Assembly: GCA_963775425.1 (NCBI GenBank)
Contig: CAVZJB010000018.1
Span: 1 to 64,000, forward strand
Source of the DNA: an uncultured delta proteobacterium
GTDB taxonomy: Bacteria; Myxococcota; UBA727; VGSZ01
Reading direction: 5' to 3'
Length of the DNA: 64,000 bases
The position numbers were made by a program, and so were the translations under genes. The first letter of the stretch is position 1. Every line of letters starts with the position of its first letter. This document shows positions 55,306 to 64,000 of the stretch, piece by piece. The notes under the pieces are model-generated. The model made no database searches, had not been told where the DNA came from, and was given only the letters and a program-made list of their open reading frames with translations.

Positions 55306-56034
55306 ATGAGCGCTGCGCGCGTGTCCCTGTTGATCGTCGCTGCCGTCTCCGGCTGCGCGACGACGCGGATCGATCCGGGTCTCTACGATCAAAAGACGTT
55401 CGCCATCGCCAGCGTATTTGCCCGCAAGGACATCGGCTTCGCCAACGTCGGCGGCCCTCCCTCGCTGTACGGCAACGCCCTCGGCGACGAGGTGCTCGAG
55501 ATGGAGCTCGGCGAGACCGAGGTGCGCCTCGGCGAGATCTTCGGCGCGCAGATGGTCCCTCCGGGCAAGGCCCTCGACAAGCGCAAGGCCTACGGCAACC
55601 TGCCCGAGGTGTCCGACCCGGAGGACTACACGCGGGTCAACGACATGACCGCCGTCGACACCGACGCCGCCACCGCGGCGCCCGCGCTCGGGGCGTTGGC
55701 GCAGGCGCTGGGCGTCGACGCCGTCGTCGTGCTCAGCCACGAGTGGACCCTCGCGCGCGACCGCTTCGAGGTCACCGGCGGCGTCACCGCCTACGACCGC
55801 TGCTCCGTCGTCGTCGTCGACGCGCGGGGCCGGCGACTGTGGGACGACGACTTCGTCGTGCAGGTGCCCGCCACACAGCTCGACCAGCTCGGCGTCGGCG
55901 TCGGGCTCGGCTTCAACGGCGCCACCTGGGCCGACGCGGCGCGCCAGCTCGCTCGACGCACCTCGCGCGCCGCGCTCGACGCTGTCGAGCATCGATACCG
56001 GGAAGGGCGGAAGTTGAAGGCGGCCGGTCCGTAG
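55306..56034 (+). CDS. Hypothetical lipoprotein
   Basis: Lipobox VSGC, LA.ALGVDAVV pattern. Confidence 0.72.
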   Translation: MSAARVSLLIVAAVSGCATTRIDPGLYDQKTFAIASVFARKDIGFANVGGPPSLYGNALGDEVLEMELGETEVRLGEIFGAQMVPPGKALDKRKAYGNLPEVSDPEDYTRVNDMTAVDTDAATAAPALGALAQALGVDAVVVLSHEWTLARDRFEVTGGVTAYDRCSVVVVDARGRRLWDDDFVVQVPATQLDQLGVGVGLGFNGATWADAARQLARRTSRAALDAVEHRYREGRKLKAAGP

Positions 56035-56052
56035 GGCAGCATCGCGAAAGAG

Positions 56053-57333
56053 GTGCACCCGATGCGGGTCGTGGGCTTCGGCCGAACGGACGTGGGCAAG
56101 AAGCGCGGCCACAACGAGGACTATGTGCTCCTCGCGCCGGAGCTCGGCCTGTACATGGTGTGCGACGGCATGGGCGGTCACGCCGCCGGCGAGGTGGCGT
56201 CGGAGTGCGCGGCGCAGACGGTGCGCCGCTACATCGAGTCCAACAAGAAGGTCATGGACGCCTACGACGAGAGCGCCCCGGCCCGCGACTCCCTCCTTCG
56301 GCTCGTGGACGAGGCCGTGCAGCTCGCCTCGCGCGAGGTCTACGCGCTGGCGACGTCGGAGGCGGGCAAGGCCGGCATGGGCACCACGCTCACCATGATG
56401 CTCGTCCTGAAGACGGTCGGCGTCATGGGCCACGTCGGCGACACGCGGCTGTACATGCGGCGCGGGGGTCGGTTGCACCAGCTCTCCGAGGATCACACCT
56501 ACATCAACGAGATGGTGCGGCGGGGCATGGCCACCACCGACGACCTCAAGAAGGGCCCGTACGCCAACGTCATCACGCGCGCCGTGGGCATCCAGCCCAA
56601 CGTCCGCGTGGACACGCTGCTGTTCGACCTGCTCGCGGGCGACACGTTCCTCATGTGCTCCGACGGCCTCTCCAAGCACACCGAGGGCCCCGACGAGCTG
56701 TCGCGCATGATGGACAACGATCACGCCGAGAGCATTCCGCAGCAGCTCGTCGATATCGCCAACTCCCGCGGCGGCACCGACAACGTCAGCGCCATCATCC
56801 TGCGCACCGAGGGGGAAGAGGGCGACGACGCCGTCGACAGGAACCGCACCACCGAGGTCAACCTCAAGCTCGACACGCTCAAGGACATCGCGCTGTTCCG
56901 TCACCTGGACATGGGTGAGCTGTGCAAGGTGCTGAACGTCGTGCGCGCGCAGGAGTGCGACAAGGGTGAGGTCGTGCTCCGCGAGGGGGAGCCGGGCGAC
57001 TCGCTCTACGCCATCCTCGACGGCAAGTTCGTCGTCACGCGCGGCGGCCAGCCCATCGCGTGGCTGGAGGCGGGCACGCACTTCGGCGAGATGGCGCTGT
57101 TCAACAACCGTCCCCGCTCGGCCACCATCGAGGCGCTCGAGCGCTCGCGCGTCCTCGTCATGGAGCGCGTGCGCTTCAACGAGCTCATCCGCAAGGAGCC
57201 GCAGCTCGGCGTGAAGCTCCTCTGGGCGTTCGCGCAGGTGCTGTCCTTGCGCCTCGACGAGACCAGCGTGCAGCTCTACGGCAGCGTCACCCAGGAGCGC
57301 GACACCGACGTCACCATGCCCTTCAAGGGCTGA
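56053..57333 (+). CDS. PP2C Ser/Thr phosphatase fused to a cyclic-nucleotide-binding domain
   Basis: TDVG..R.HNED, CDGMGGH, HVGD.R, CSDGL, GG.DN; FGEMAL...PRSAT. Confidence 0.93.
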   Translation: MHPMRVVGFGRTDVGKKRGHNEDYVLLAPELGLYMVCDGMGGHAAGEVASECAAQTVRRYIESNKKVMDAYDESAPARDSLLRLVDEAVQLASREVYALATSEAGKAGMGTTLTMMLVLKTVGVMGHVGDTRLYMRRGGRLHQLSEDHTYINEMVRRGMATTDDLKKGPYANVITRAVGIQPNVRVDTLLFDLLAGDTFLMCSDGLSKHTEGPDELSRMMDNDHAESIPQQLVDIANSRGGTDNVSAIILRTEGEEGDDAVDRNRTTEVNLKLDTLKDIALFRHLDMGELCKVLNVVRAQECDKGEVVLREGEPGDSLYAILDGKFVVTRGGQPIAWLEAGTHFGEMALFNNRPRSATIEALERSRVLVMERVRFNELIRKEPQLGVKLLWAFAQVLSLRLDETSVQLYGSVTQERDTDVTMPFKG

Positions 57334-57357
57334 CGGCGCGAGGGGCGCGGCCCCGGC

Positions 57358-58878
57358 TCACTGCAAAAACGGGCTCGACGTCAGCCAGGCGTCCTGCGGG
57401 TAGTACGCGAAGATCAGCGTGCCCTCCTTGACGACGTCGATGACGGCGGCGGAGCGACTCTGAGCGACGGCGAAGCAGCCGTTGCTTCTGCCGAGGTAAC
57501 CGTTTTGCGCGAGGAAGTCGTCCTCGGCGTAGGTGGCGCCGTGCATGACGATGGCGCGCGAGCGCATGTTGTCGTTGGAGCCCTCGAGGCCGTCGAGGCG
57601 CAGCGAGTAGCCGTGGTTGCCCTGGTACGTCTCGGCGGTGCGCGACAAGCCGAGCGAGGTCTGGTTCGAGCCCGGCGTGTTGGAGAAGGCGTCGGCCATG
57701 GCGGGGTCGCCGGCGGTGTTGCTGCCGCTGCCGTGGGAGACGTGGTCGTTGATGAGGAGCGCGCCCGTGGCGAGGTCCACGATCCACAGGCGCTTCTCCC
57801 AGGACGGCATGGCGAAGTCGATGACGGAGAACACCGTGCTGTCCGTGAGGTCCTGCGCCTTGGCCGCGTTGTAGGCGCGCACCGCGAGCGCGGCGACGTC
57901 GGCGGGGACGCCGGCGGCGACGAGGGCGTCGGGGCCGAAGCCGTCGGGGCCTGCGTCGCCGTCGGGGAGGAAGCTGAAGGTGGCGGAGAACGGGCCTTCG
58001 CCGTCGGTGCCGTCGGCGCGCACGTAGCTGTCGAGCACCACCCACGCCTCGCCGGCGTCGACGTGGGCCGCCGCGCGCTGGTCGTTGCGCGCGAGGCACG
58101 CGGAGGGATCGTCGGCGCTCAGGATGTGGACGTCGACGTCGGTGGGGCCGGCCTCGAGGCCCGCGTCGAGCGCGACGGTGAGGACGCCGGCGGCGGGGAC
58201 GGCGACGCGGTAGACGAGCTCGGGCCCGGACTCGTCCGTCGACGGCGCGCACGCGTAGCCGTCGAAGCCGGCGGCGCCGTCGACGGTGGTGCCGCTGACG
58301 GTGGCGGGCAGCGTGTCGATGCAGGTGACGCCCGCGGGGCAGTCGCTCTGGTCGTCGGGCGGGGTGTCGTCGGGCGGGGTGTCGTCGGGCGGGGTGTCGT
58401 CGGGGGGCGCGAGCGTGAGGTGCGCGGAGAACGGCCCGGCGAGCGCGTCGCCGGCGGCGTCGGCCCAGGTGTCGAAGACGACGTAGGCGAAGCCGGGCTC
58501 GACGGGCGCCGCGGCGTCGGGGGTGCCCGCGGCGACGCAGGCGGCGGCGTCGAGGGAGCCGAGGATGCGGACGTCGACGTTGACGTCGGCGGCGCCGTCG
58601 TCGAGGACCACGGTGAGGACGCCGGCGGCGTCGACGGGGACGCGGTGGATGCGCTCGGGGCCGGTGTCGTCGGCGCCGGGGGCGCAGGCGTAACCCGCGA
58701 GGGCGGTGGTGCCGCCGGCGGTGTCCCCGTCGATGACGTCGGGGAGCGTGTCGTGGCAGGTGACGCCTGCGGGGCAGTCTCCGTCGTCCGCGGGCGTCAC
58801 CGGGACGGCCGGCGGAGTCGGGGCCGGCCCGCACGCGGTGACGGCAGCGAGGACGGCGACGACGGCGAGCGAGCGCAT
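57358..58878 (-). CDS. Lipoprotein with duplicated N-terminal domain and YkuD_2-type L,D-transpeptidase domain
   Basis: Lipobox VTAC, two CPAGVTC...YACAP..D..GPE domains, IDF..PS..KRLW, HG.GS, IVMHGA, GRSNGC. Confidence 0.87.
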   Translation of the reverse strand: MRSLAVVAVLAAVTACGPAPTPPAVPVTPADDGDCPAGVTCHDTLPDVIDGDTAGGTTALAGYACAPGADDTGPERIHRVPVDAAGVLTVVLDDGAADVNVDVRILGSLDAAACVAAGTPDAAAPVEPGFAYVVFDTWADAAGDALAGPFSAHLTLAPPDDTPPDDTPPDDTPPDDQSDCPAGVTCIDTLPATVSGTTVDGAAGFDGYACAPSTDESGPELVYRVAVPAAGVLTVALDAGLEAGPTDVDVHILSADDPSACLARNDQRAAAHVDAGEAWVVLDSYVRADGTDGEGPFSATFSFLPDGDAGPDGFGPDALVAAGVPADVAALAVRAYNAAKAQDLTDSTVFSVIDFAMPSWEKRLWIVDLATGALLINDHVSHGSGSNTAGDPAMADAFSNTPGSNQTSLGLSRTAETYQGNHGYSLRLDGLEGSNDNMRSRAIVMHGATYAEDDFLAQNGYLGRSNGCFAVAQSRSAAVIDVVKEGTLIFAYYPQDAWLTSSPFLQ

Positions 58879-59012
58879 GGCGCGCATGCAAACACAAAGC
58901 GCGACGAACCCCAATCGGGCGCCGGCGCGTGCGCACGATCTGAACGTACGGGAACCGCGTGTGTCGCGAGGAGGTTCGCGGGAGGTGCGTCGGGAGGGCG
59001 AGCCCCGACGGG

Positions 59013-59612
<600 letters not shown>

Positions 59613-59624
59613 GCCTCTCCCGTT

Positions 59625-60878
59625 TCAGTCCATCGGCGCAGCGGCCGCGCGGAGCGTCTCGTCGATGATCCGCACCGGGACCTCGAGCTTCTTCGCCACG
59701 CGCGCCATGGCGTCGCGCTCCACGGGCTCCACCACGCCGTCGGCGGCGGCGATGATGGTCAGGTGCTGCACGAGCTGCGTACGCGCCAGGAGCCCGGCGT
59801 CCTCGAGCGCCTCGTCGAGCTTCTTGTCGAGCTCGCTCTCAATCTGCTCGCGCGCCGGCGGCTTGTACATGGCGTCCACACCGAGCAGCGCCGTGAGCGC
59901 CTTGAGCTCCTTTTCGTGCAGCTCGCCGTTGGCGTGCGCCACCGCCATGCCCGCGAGGAACAACACGCGGCGCATCAGGTCCGCTTGCGGCGTCTTCTCC
60001 TCGAGGTAGCTCGGCTCCATGAGCTCGAGGTCGCGCTCCACGATCGCCTCGGCGTCCTCGATCTTCAAGGCGCCGGTGAGCCCCGAGCGGCCGAGCACCT
60101 TCTCGTAGACGTCGGAGCGCGCGTACGCCACGAGCGCGCGCACGCGCAGCGGGCCGTACGGGTGGGTGGAGAAGCACTCGAGCGTGTCGTCGTCGTCGCG
60201 CGGCTTCTGGCGCGCTACCGGCGAGCTCGCCAGCGCGTCCACCTGGGACGTGTAGCTCGTCAGGTCGTCGCCGACCTCGGCGCGCGACAAGCCCGACGAC
60301 AGCTTGAGGAACGACGACGCCGCAGCGTTGAGGTCGCGGGCGCAGGCGAGGCCGGCGCGATCGGCGGAGACCTCGGCGGAGCGACACCACAGATACAGCT
60401 CGATGGAGCAGGCGCGCGAGACCAGCGGCCCCGCGAGGTCCTCGATGGTGGCCGTGAGCGGCATCGGCAAAGAGAGGTGGTCGAAGACCGCGTGGCCCAT
60501 CTCGTGGCCGATGACGAAGCGCAGCTCGGCGGGCGTGAACCCCTCGACGAGCCGCGAGGTGAGCCCCAGCGCCAGCGGCCCCACCTCCTGCTTCATGATG
60601 AAGGCGCCGTACATCGGGTCCGGCTTGATGTAGACCTCGAACGGCTCGTCGAAGCCGAGCACGTCGCGGCACTGGTCGATGGCCGAGGCGACGTCGGGCG
60701 CCATGGAGCGCGTCATGCGCAACGCACCCGTGAGCAGCCGGCGACGGCCGTAGAAGCCGTAGCCGCTGGTCTCCTCGTCGATCTTCTTGTGCGCCCGCTT
60801 GACGCCGTCGTCCGCTTCGAGCTTCTCGCGCAACGTCGAGTCACGCCGCGCCTGGATGAGGGTCTTTTCGATGCTCAT
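59625..60878 (-). CDS. M48 metallopeptidase with C-terminal TerB-like domain
   Basis: ELRFVIGHEMGH, AEVSADRAGL, STHP; then VAHANGEL...E and IAAADGVV...E. Confidence 0.87.
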   Translation of the reverse strand: MSIEKTLIQARRDSTLREKLEADDGVKRAHKKIDEETSGYGFYGRRRLLTGALRMTRSMAPDVASAIDQCRDVLGFDEPFEVYIKPDPMYGAFIMKQEVGPLALGLTSRLVEGFTPAELRFVIGHEMGHAVFDHLSLPMPLTATIEDLAGPLVSRACSIELYLWCRSAEVSADRAGLACARDLNAAASSFLKLSSGLSRAEVGDDLTSYTSQVDALASSPVARQKPRDDDDTLECFSTHPYGPLRVRALVAYARSDVYEKVLGRSGLTGALKIEDAEAIVERDLELMEPSYLEEKTPQADLMRRVLFLAGMAVAHANGELHEKELKALTALLGVDAMYKPPAREQIESELDKKLDEALEDAGLLARTQLVQHLTIIAAADGVVEPVERDAMARVAKKLEVPVRIIDETLRAAAAPMD

Positions 60879-60953
60879 GATCTCTTCTCTTCGTCGTCGG
60901 ACGCGGCCGACCCGGGCGCGCCGTCATGGCGCGACCGGGCCGTCCGCAGCGAA

Positions 60954-60977
60954 GCGGGGGACGAGCCCCCGCCCTAC
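60954..60977 (-). repeat. Solo GTAG-REP
   Basis: GCGGGGGACGAGCCCCCGCCCTAC, identical to 20685-20708. Confidence 0.9.
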
Positions 60978-60985
60978 GAAACGCC

Positions 60986-61423
60986 CTACGAAGCGTACTT
61001 GTAGCCCATGACCTCGATGATCTTCTGCGCGGTGTCGTCGTCGATGCCCAGCAGACGCTGGTAGGTCTCGAGCATGGCGTCCTCGGACTCGTCGATGTCA
61101 CCCGACGACATCGCGATGTCGACGGCGAGCACGTAGAGCTTCTTCTTGAGCGCCGGCGTCGACAGCTCGCCGATGGCCTTCACGGACTCCTTGAGACCGC
61201 CGGCCTTGTTCACGATGCGCAGGCCCTGGTCGACGAGCTCGTTCCAGTCCTTGCCGTTGAACTCGGGCAGCGTGTTGTAGAGCGCCAGCACCAGCGAGCG
61301 CTCCTGATCGTCGATGGTGCCGTCGGCGCCGGCCATGAGGAGCATCCCGTGCACGAGCAGGACGTCGTCGGTCGGCTTCTTCTGCGGCTGGGTGCCGCCC
61401 ATGAGACGTGACAACAGACCCAT
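60986..61423 (-). CDS. TerB family protein (paralog 2)
   Basis: MAGADGTIDDQE...DIAMSSGDIDESE. Confidence 0.85.
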   Translation of the reverse strand: MGLLSRLMGGTQPQKKPTDDVLLVHGMLLMAGADGTIDDQERSLVLALYNTLPEFNGKDWNELVDQGLRIVNKAGGLKESVKAIGELSTPALKKKLYVLAVDIAMSSGDIDESEDAMLETYQRLLGIDDDTAQKIIEVMGYKYAS

Positions 61424-61450
61424 GATGTACCTCTCTTTCTGATGTGCGGT

Positions 61451-61885
61451 TCAGACCGCGTACTTGACCCCGAGGACCTCGATGACCTTCTGGGCGAAGG
61501 TGTCGTCGACGCCGAGGAGGCGCTGCATGGTCTCGAGGAGCTTGTCCTCGGACTCGTCGATGTCGCCCGACGCCATGGCGATGTCGGCGGCGAGCACGAA
61601 GCACTTCTGCTTGATGGCCCCGCTCTCGATGTCGCCGAGGGCCGCGATGCTGTTCTTCAGGTTGCCGTGCTTGGCCACGACGCGGTTGGCGTCGCTGAGG
61701 AGCTGGTCGAAGGACTTGCCCTTGAACTCCGGAAGCGTGTCGAAGAACGCCTGCACCGTGGACAGCTCCTTCTGGTCGATGGTGCCGTCGGCGCCGGCCA
61801 TGAGGAGCATGCCGTGCAGGAGGAGGACGTCGTCGGTGGCCTTCTTGGCCGGCTGCGATCCGGTGAGACGCGAAAGGAGACCCAT
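61451..61885 (-). CDS. TerB family protein (paralog 1)
   Basis: MAGADGTIDQKE...DIAMASGDIDESE. Confidence 0.85.
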   Translation of the reverse strand: MGLLSRLTGSQPAKKATDDVLLLHGMLLMAGADGTIDQKELSTVQAFFDTLPEFKGKSFDQLLSDANRVVAKHGNLKNSIAALGDIESGAIKQKCFVLAADIAMASGDIDESEDKLLETMQRLLGVDDTFAQKVIEVLGVKYAV

Positions 61886-62085
61886 GGTGTTTTCCTCTGA
61901 AAGCCCGTGATTGAGCGGGCGGAACGTAGGCCCGCCGCAGGGCCGGGATCAAGCCGGTCGACCCTCGTCGCGCCCGCGGGATCGTGTCCCGCGTCATCAT
62001 GCGTGCGCAGCGTGCGCTCCGAGGAGGCCGGGCCCCGGTCCGGGCCGCCCGTGCCCCGGCTCCCGGACATCGTTAGCATGGCGGC

Positions 62086-62610
62086 GTGGCAGCCCTCCCC
62101 GCCGCCCTGCGGAAGCTCTGGCGCCGGCGCCCCGTGCGCTGGGCCGTCGATCTCGCCCTCGTCGCCGCCGTCTTCCTCGGCGTCTCCGCGTGGCAGTCCC
62201 GCCACGCCGTACGCGGCCACGCGCCCGCGTACACGCTGCGCACGCTCGACGGCGCCACCGTCGACGGCGACGATCTGCAGGGGAAGCCGACGGTGCTCGT
62301 GTTCTGGGCGCCCTGGTGCACCGTCTGCCGCGCCGAGTCCGGCAACGTCTCCTCGCTGCAGTCGCTCGCCGGCAGCCGCGCCCACGTCGTGTCCATCGCC
62401 TCCGACTACGAGCGCGTCGACGACGTCGCCGCGTACGTGAAGAGCCGCGGCGTCGACTACCCCGTGCTCCTCGGCGGCAGACACACCGCCCGTGCGTTCC
62501 ACGTGAGCGCGTTTCCCACCATCTACTTCCTCGACGAAAACGGCGACGTCCGCCACGCCGTCACCGGCTACACCACCGTCGCCGGCCTGGCCTGGCGCAC
62601 GTTCCTCTGA
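62086..62610 (+). CDS. TlpA/redoxin family thiol-disulfide oxidoreductase (start uncertain)
   Basis: N-terminal TM, FWAPWCTVC, FPTIYFLD. Confidence 0.87.
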   Translation: MAALPAALRKLWRRRPVRWAVDLALVAAVFLGVSAWQSRHAVRGHAPAYTLRTLDGATVDGDDLQGKPTVLVFWAPWCTVCRAESGNVSSLQSLAGSRAHVVSIASDYERVDDVAAYVKSRGVDYPVLLGGRHTARAFHVSAFPTIYFLDENGDVRHAVTGYTTVAGLAWRTFL

Positions 62611-62619
62611 GCCACGTCG

Positions 62620-64000
62620 TCAGCCGCGCTCGCTCAAGATCTTGAGCGCCTCGCTCTTGCGCGAGGACTTGTCGGCGAGCACGTCGGGCGCGATGACGTA
62701 GTGCTGCGCGAGCTTGTCGAGGTAGTCGAGCTGGACCTCGGTGCCCGTGGTGACGAAGACGCCGCACAGCGTGGCCTTGGACTTGAGCCCCTCGACGACG
62801 CGCGGATCGATCTGGCAGCGGCCGTGCGTGATGAACGTGACCACGACCTCCTTGGGGCTCTCGCGCATGATGCGCGCGAGCTCGCGCTCGAGCTCCGTGA
62901 ACACGCGCGTGGTGTTGCGGCCGCGCTCGCTGCGGAAGCACAACAGGTACGGGATGCGCAGCCGCGACGACGTCAGCTCCTGGCGCTCGTACAGCCGCGA
63001 GTCGAAGAAGCGCAGCCAGACGTCCTCGCCGCGCAGGGTCATCTTCTTGGCCAGCGCGAGCGCCAGGCCGCGCGCGAACACCGTGCGCAGGCCGCGCATG
63101 GAGGCGCTCGCGTCGACGAGGATGTAGTGCAGGCGCTCCTTCTGCGTGTCCTGCTTTTCGCGCCCGTAATAAAACAGCTCGTTGTTGGCGAAGCGGCGGT
63201 CGAACAGGTCGTCCTCGAACGCCAGCTCGCTCGGCAACAGCGAGTCGAGCGAGCCCTGGGTCTCGATGGAGGCGTAGCCGTCGATGGAGAACGTCTGCAC
63301 CCCCGAGCTCTTCTTGGTCTCGAGCACGGACGGGATGAGGTCGAGCGAGAAGTTGGCGATGTCGTGTGCGGCGGGCGTGGCGAGGACGCGATAGAGGTCG
63401 AGGAGGTCAGCGCCGTCGGCGCCGAGGCCGCCGTCGCCCTTGAACATCTCGAGGAGCTTGAGCGTGTCGAGATCGATCTGCTCGAGCGCCACGCGGATGC
63501 GCGTGCGCGCGTCGACCAGCGTGGAGATGACGCCGAGCACCTCCTCGACGAGGCTGGCGTTCACGTAGTGGGCGGGCTCGATCTCCTGATAGGTCTGCAC
63601 GGTCAGGGGCAGCTTGCGGTTGTGCCCCTTGCGCACCACGGACTGCTGGACGGGCTCGATGACCTTGGCGATGACGGCCGCGAGCAGCTCGTCCTGCAGC
63701 CCGCCGGTGGACGCCTTCTGGCACAGCTCGCTGCGCGCGAGGTCGACGAGCAGGTCGCCGTAGCCCTGCAGCTTGCGCTGCGCGGCGGCGTCGAGGCGGA
63801 GGGCGCCGCGGTCGACGGCGATGCGCAAGGAGCGCTCGCGCGCCCCGAGCTGGACGCCGCTGCCCACCTGCTGCGTCAGCAACAGACCGAGGTCGTGCAC
63901 GACGAAGAACGGCAGCCCGAGGCCGAGGCCGTCGAGCAGGTTGTGCCAGTGCGCGGCGCGCACCATGACCATGGGGTTGTCGCCGATGACGCGCGAGAAC
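62620..64000 (-). CDS. vWA domain protein (ViaA/CoxE-like); start at 63972 or beyond the window
   Basis: LLPSELA, LFYY, MIDAS motif ILVDASASM, FITHG. Confidence 0.8.
   Translation of the reverse strand, partial: FSRVIGDNPMVMVRAAHWHNLLDGLGLGLPFFVVHDLGLLLTQQVGSGVQLGARERSLRIAVDRGALRLDAAAQRKLQGYGDLLVDLARSELCQKASTGGLQDELLAAVIAKVIEPVQQSVVRKGHNRKLPLTVQTYQEIEPAHYVNASLVEEVLGVISTLVDARTRIRVALEQIDLDTLKLLEMFKGDGGLGADGADLLDLYRVLATPAAHDIANFSLDLIPSVLETKKSSGVQTFSIDGYASIETQGSLDSLLPSELAFEDDLFDRRFANNELFYYGREKQDTQKERLHYILVDASASMRGLRTVFARGLALALAKKMTLRGEDVWLRFFDSRLYERQELTSSRLRIPYLLCFRSERGRNTTRVFTELERELARIMRESPKEVVVTFITHGRCQIDPRVVEGLKSKATLCGVFVTTGTEVQLDYLDKLAQHYVIAPDVLADKSSRKSEALKILSERG

Overview
High-GC bacterial DNA, most consistent with a Myxococcota-like genome (MYXO-CTERM-type tails, MshEN proteins, a Hanks kinase, PP2C-cNMP). 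Left end (1-3509): the edge of an integrative element. A large serine recombinase is interrupted by an antisense group II intron (1277-3317; domain V, both ends and an EBS1/IBS1 pair are readable) and runs into a 24-nt tRNA 3'-end fragment. At 20.7-23.6 kb: a compound REP/RAYT locus with five GTAG-type REPs, two tandem arrays bracketed by REPs, two REP-bracketed passenger genes, a RAYT whose catalytic Tyr appears replaced by Cys, and further dispersed repeats. The rest is mostly chromosomal: fatty-acid enzymes, pntAB, miaE, ttcA, tRNA-His, signalling proteins, peptidoglycan enzymes, many surface proteins with (Gly-Glu)n linkers, two MYXO-CTERM/OmpA pairs, a Fur-box-preceded barrel plus cytochrome c pair, and a TerB-TerB-M48/TerB cluster near a vWA gene. 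All product calls come from motif recognition by eye; no database search was run.
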